A stretch of 25,002 bases of DNA from Candidatus Heimdallarchaeota archaeon (GTDB lineage: Archaea; Asgardarchaeota; Heimdallarchaeia; Heimdallarchaeales; Heimdallarchaeaceae): assembly GCA_021399345.1 (NCBI GenBank), contig JAAFKI010000121.1:1-25002 (forward strand). Reading direction: 5' to 3'. Numbering within the stretch: the stretch's first letter is position 1; each line of letters begins with the position of its first letter. Under the pieces are notes generated by a model. It saw nothing but the letters and a program-made list of their open reading frames with translations. It was not told the DNA's origin and did not search any database. Positions 24,208 through 25,002 of the stretch are shown here, piece by piece. The translations under genes and the position numbers were made by a program.

Positions 24208-24864
24208 CTACTGAATTTGAACCCATCTAGGTTCAAAATTACCATGAGCAAACTTGATTCTTACTAATTGTTGTACGCCTTCTGATTCTTCTTCTCTTTT
24301 AGTTTCAACAACCATGTCAACAATTGTATGAAGAGTGTTTTCTGTTTGATCATCAATAACTCCAGAATCAAGTAATAACAGTGCTGATTGATCTCTTAAC
24401 CTGATACGAGCTGCTAATGTTTGTAAGAAATTCAAAACCTGCATAGGCGAATTGTAAAGCATAAGAATTGCTAATTGATCAAAAACAATACGTAGTTTCT
24501 TTGTTTTCTCAGCAAGATTATTAATTGTAACTGAAAGAGTCAGAAGATCACTTGCATGATCTAAGAAAAAAGTATTTTTTGGTCTTTTTTCTGGAACAGA
24601 ACGGTATGATATTGAATCAATAAAGTGAATTTTGCCCGTGTCAATATGAGTTTTTAACCCAGTGATTCCTGATTTGAGTTTTTTTATGTAATCGGCAGCT
24701 GAAGATGCAAAAAGAACTACTAGAATTGTGTCCCCATTAGTAAAACCATCTTCTATATATTTTTGTGCAAGATCTTCTTTTGCAGTTCCAGATTCTCCAG
24801 TCATTAGAATTAAGGAACTCTCAACTTTTTCAACAAGTATGTCAATTCTGGTTTGTCCTGACAT
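24208..24864 (-). CDS. KaiC/RAD55-like RecA-superfamily protein with a degenerate Walker A
   Basis: ILMTGESGTAKE, HFIDS, RIVFDQL (Walker B), D.VVE and RIK. Confidence 0.72.
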   Translation of the reverse strand: MSGQTRIDILVEKVESSLILMTGESGTAKEDLAQKYIEDGFTNGDTILVVLFASSAADYIKKLKSGITGLKTHIDTGKIHFIDSISYRSVPEKRPKNTFFLDHASDLLTLSVTINNLAEKTKKLRIVFDQLAILMLYNSPMQVLNFLQTLAARIRLRDQSALLLLDSGVIDDQTENTLHTIVDMVVETKREEESEGVQQLVRIKFAHGNFEPRWVQIQ

Positions 24865-24878
24865 CTTTCATCCCCATC

Positions 24879-25001
24879 TTAGGAAAGTTGCTTTACTACT
24901 TCTTTACAGAATTTAGTAGCTTTCGCTGCAAACTTATCTGTGTTAACTGTCTTTGCAGCTAGTCGTAATCGATGACTAGTTTGAATTGGCTCAATGTTAA
25001 T
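24879..25001 (-). CDS. 3' end of a hypothetical protein running off the window edge
   Basis: Open frame ...INIEPIQTSHRLRLAAKTVNTDKFAAKATKFCKEVVKQLS* with TAA at 24879-24881, 14 nt before the KaiC-like start. Confidence 0.5.
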   Translation of the reverse strand: MNIEPIQTSHRLRLAAKTVNTDKFAAKATKFCKEVVKQLS

Positions 25002-25002
25002 C

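Noticed and set aside
391-24962. Antisense and overlapping shadow ORFs (e.g. 391-651, 1023-1304, 3411-3866, 6491-6835, 12817-13356, 18972-19229, 20157-20405, 24728-24962)
   Set aside because: They overlap well-supported genes on the other strand or frame and show no motifs.

Overview
AT-rich (roughly 30-33% GC by eye) archaeal chromosomal segment. A full-length eukaryote-like actin, Alba, NucS, a FlaK/PibD-type peptidase and an archaeal BHB tRNA intron together indicate an Asgard archaeon (Heimdallarchaeia is plausible but is only an inference). The main feature is a glutamine-decoding locus at 4211-11834. It holds a bacterial-type glutaminyl-tRNA synthetase, an enzyme archaea classically lack, with an archaeal GluRS-type N-terminal helical domain grafted onto it. 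Three tRNA-Gln genes missing from the ORF track follow within about 5.7 kb: UUG with a non-canonical 58/59 T-loop intron, a degenerate UUG copy with a 6-nt anticodon loop, and CUG with G73. Other notable items: an AT-hook/bZIP-like coiled-coil gene directly upstream of actin, a TARG1-like macrodomain, a DNPH1-like hydrolase, a 7-repeat surface beta-propeller, a DUF1330-like gene split at an A8 tract, a putative leader peptide before a RIO kinase, and a divergent Zn/Mn ABC transporter whose permease has a Cys/His tail. All family calls come from recognising motifs from memory; no searches were run.
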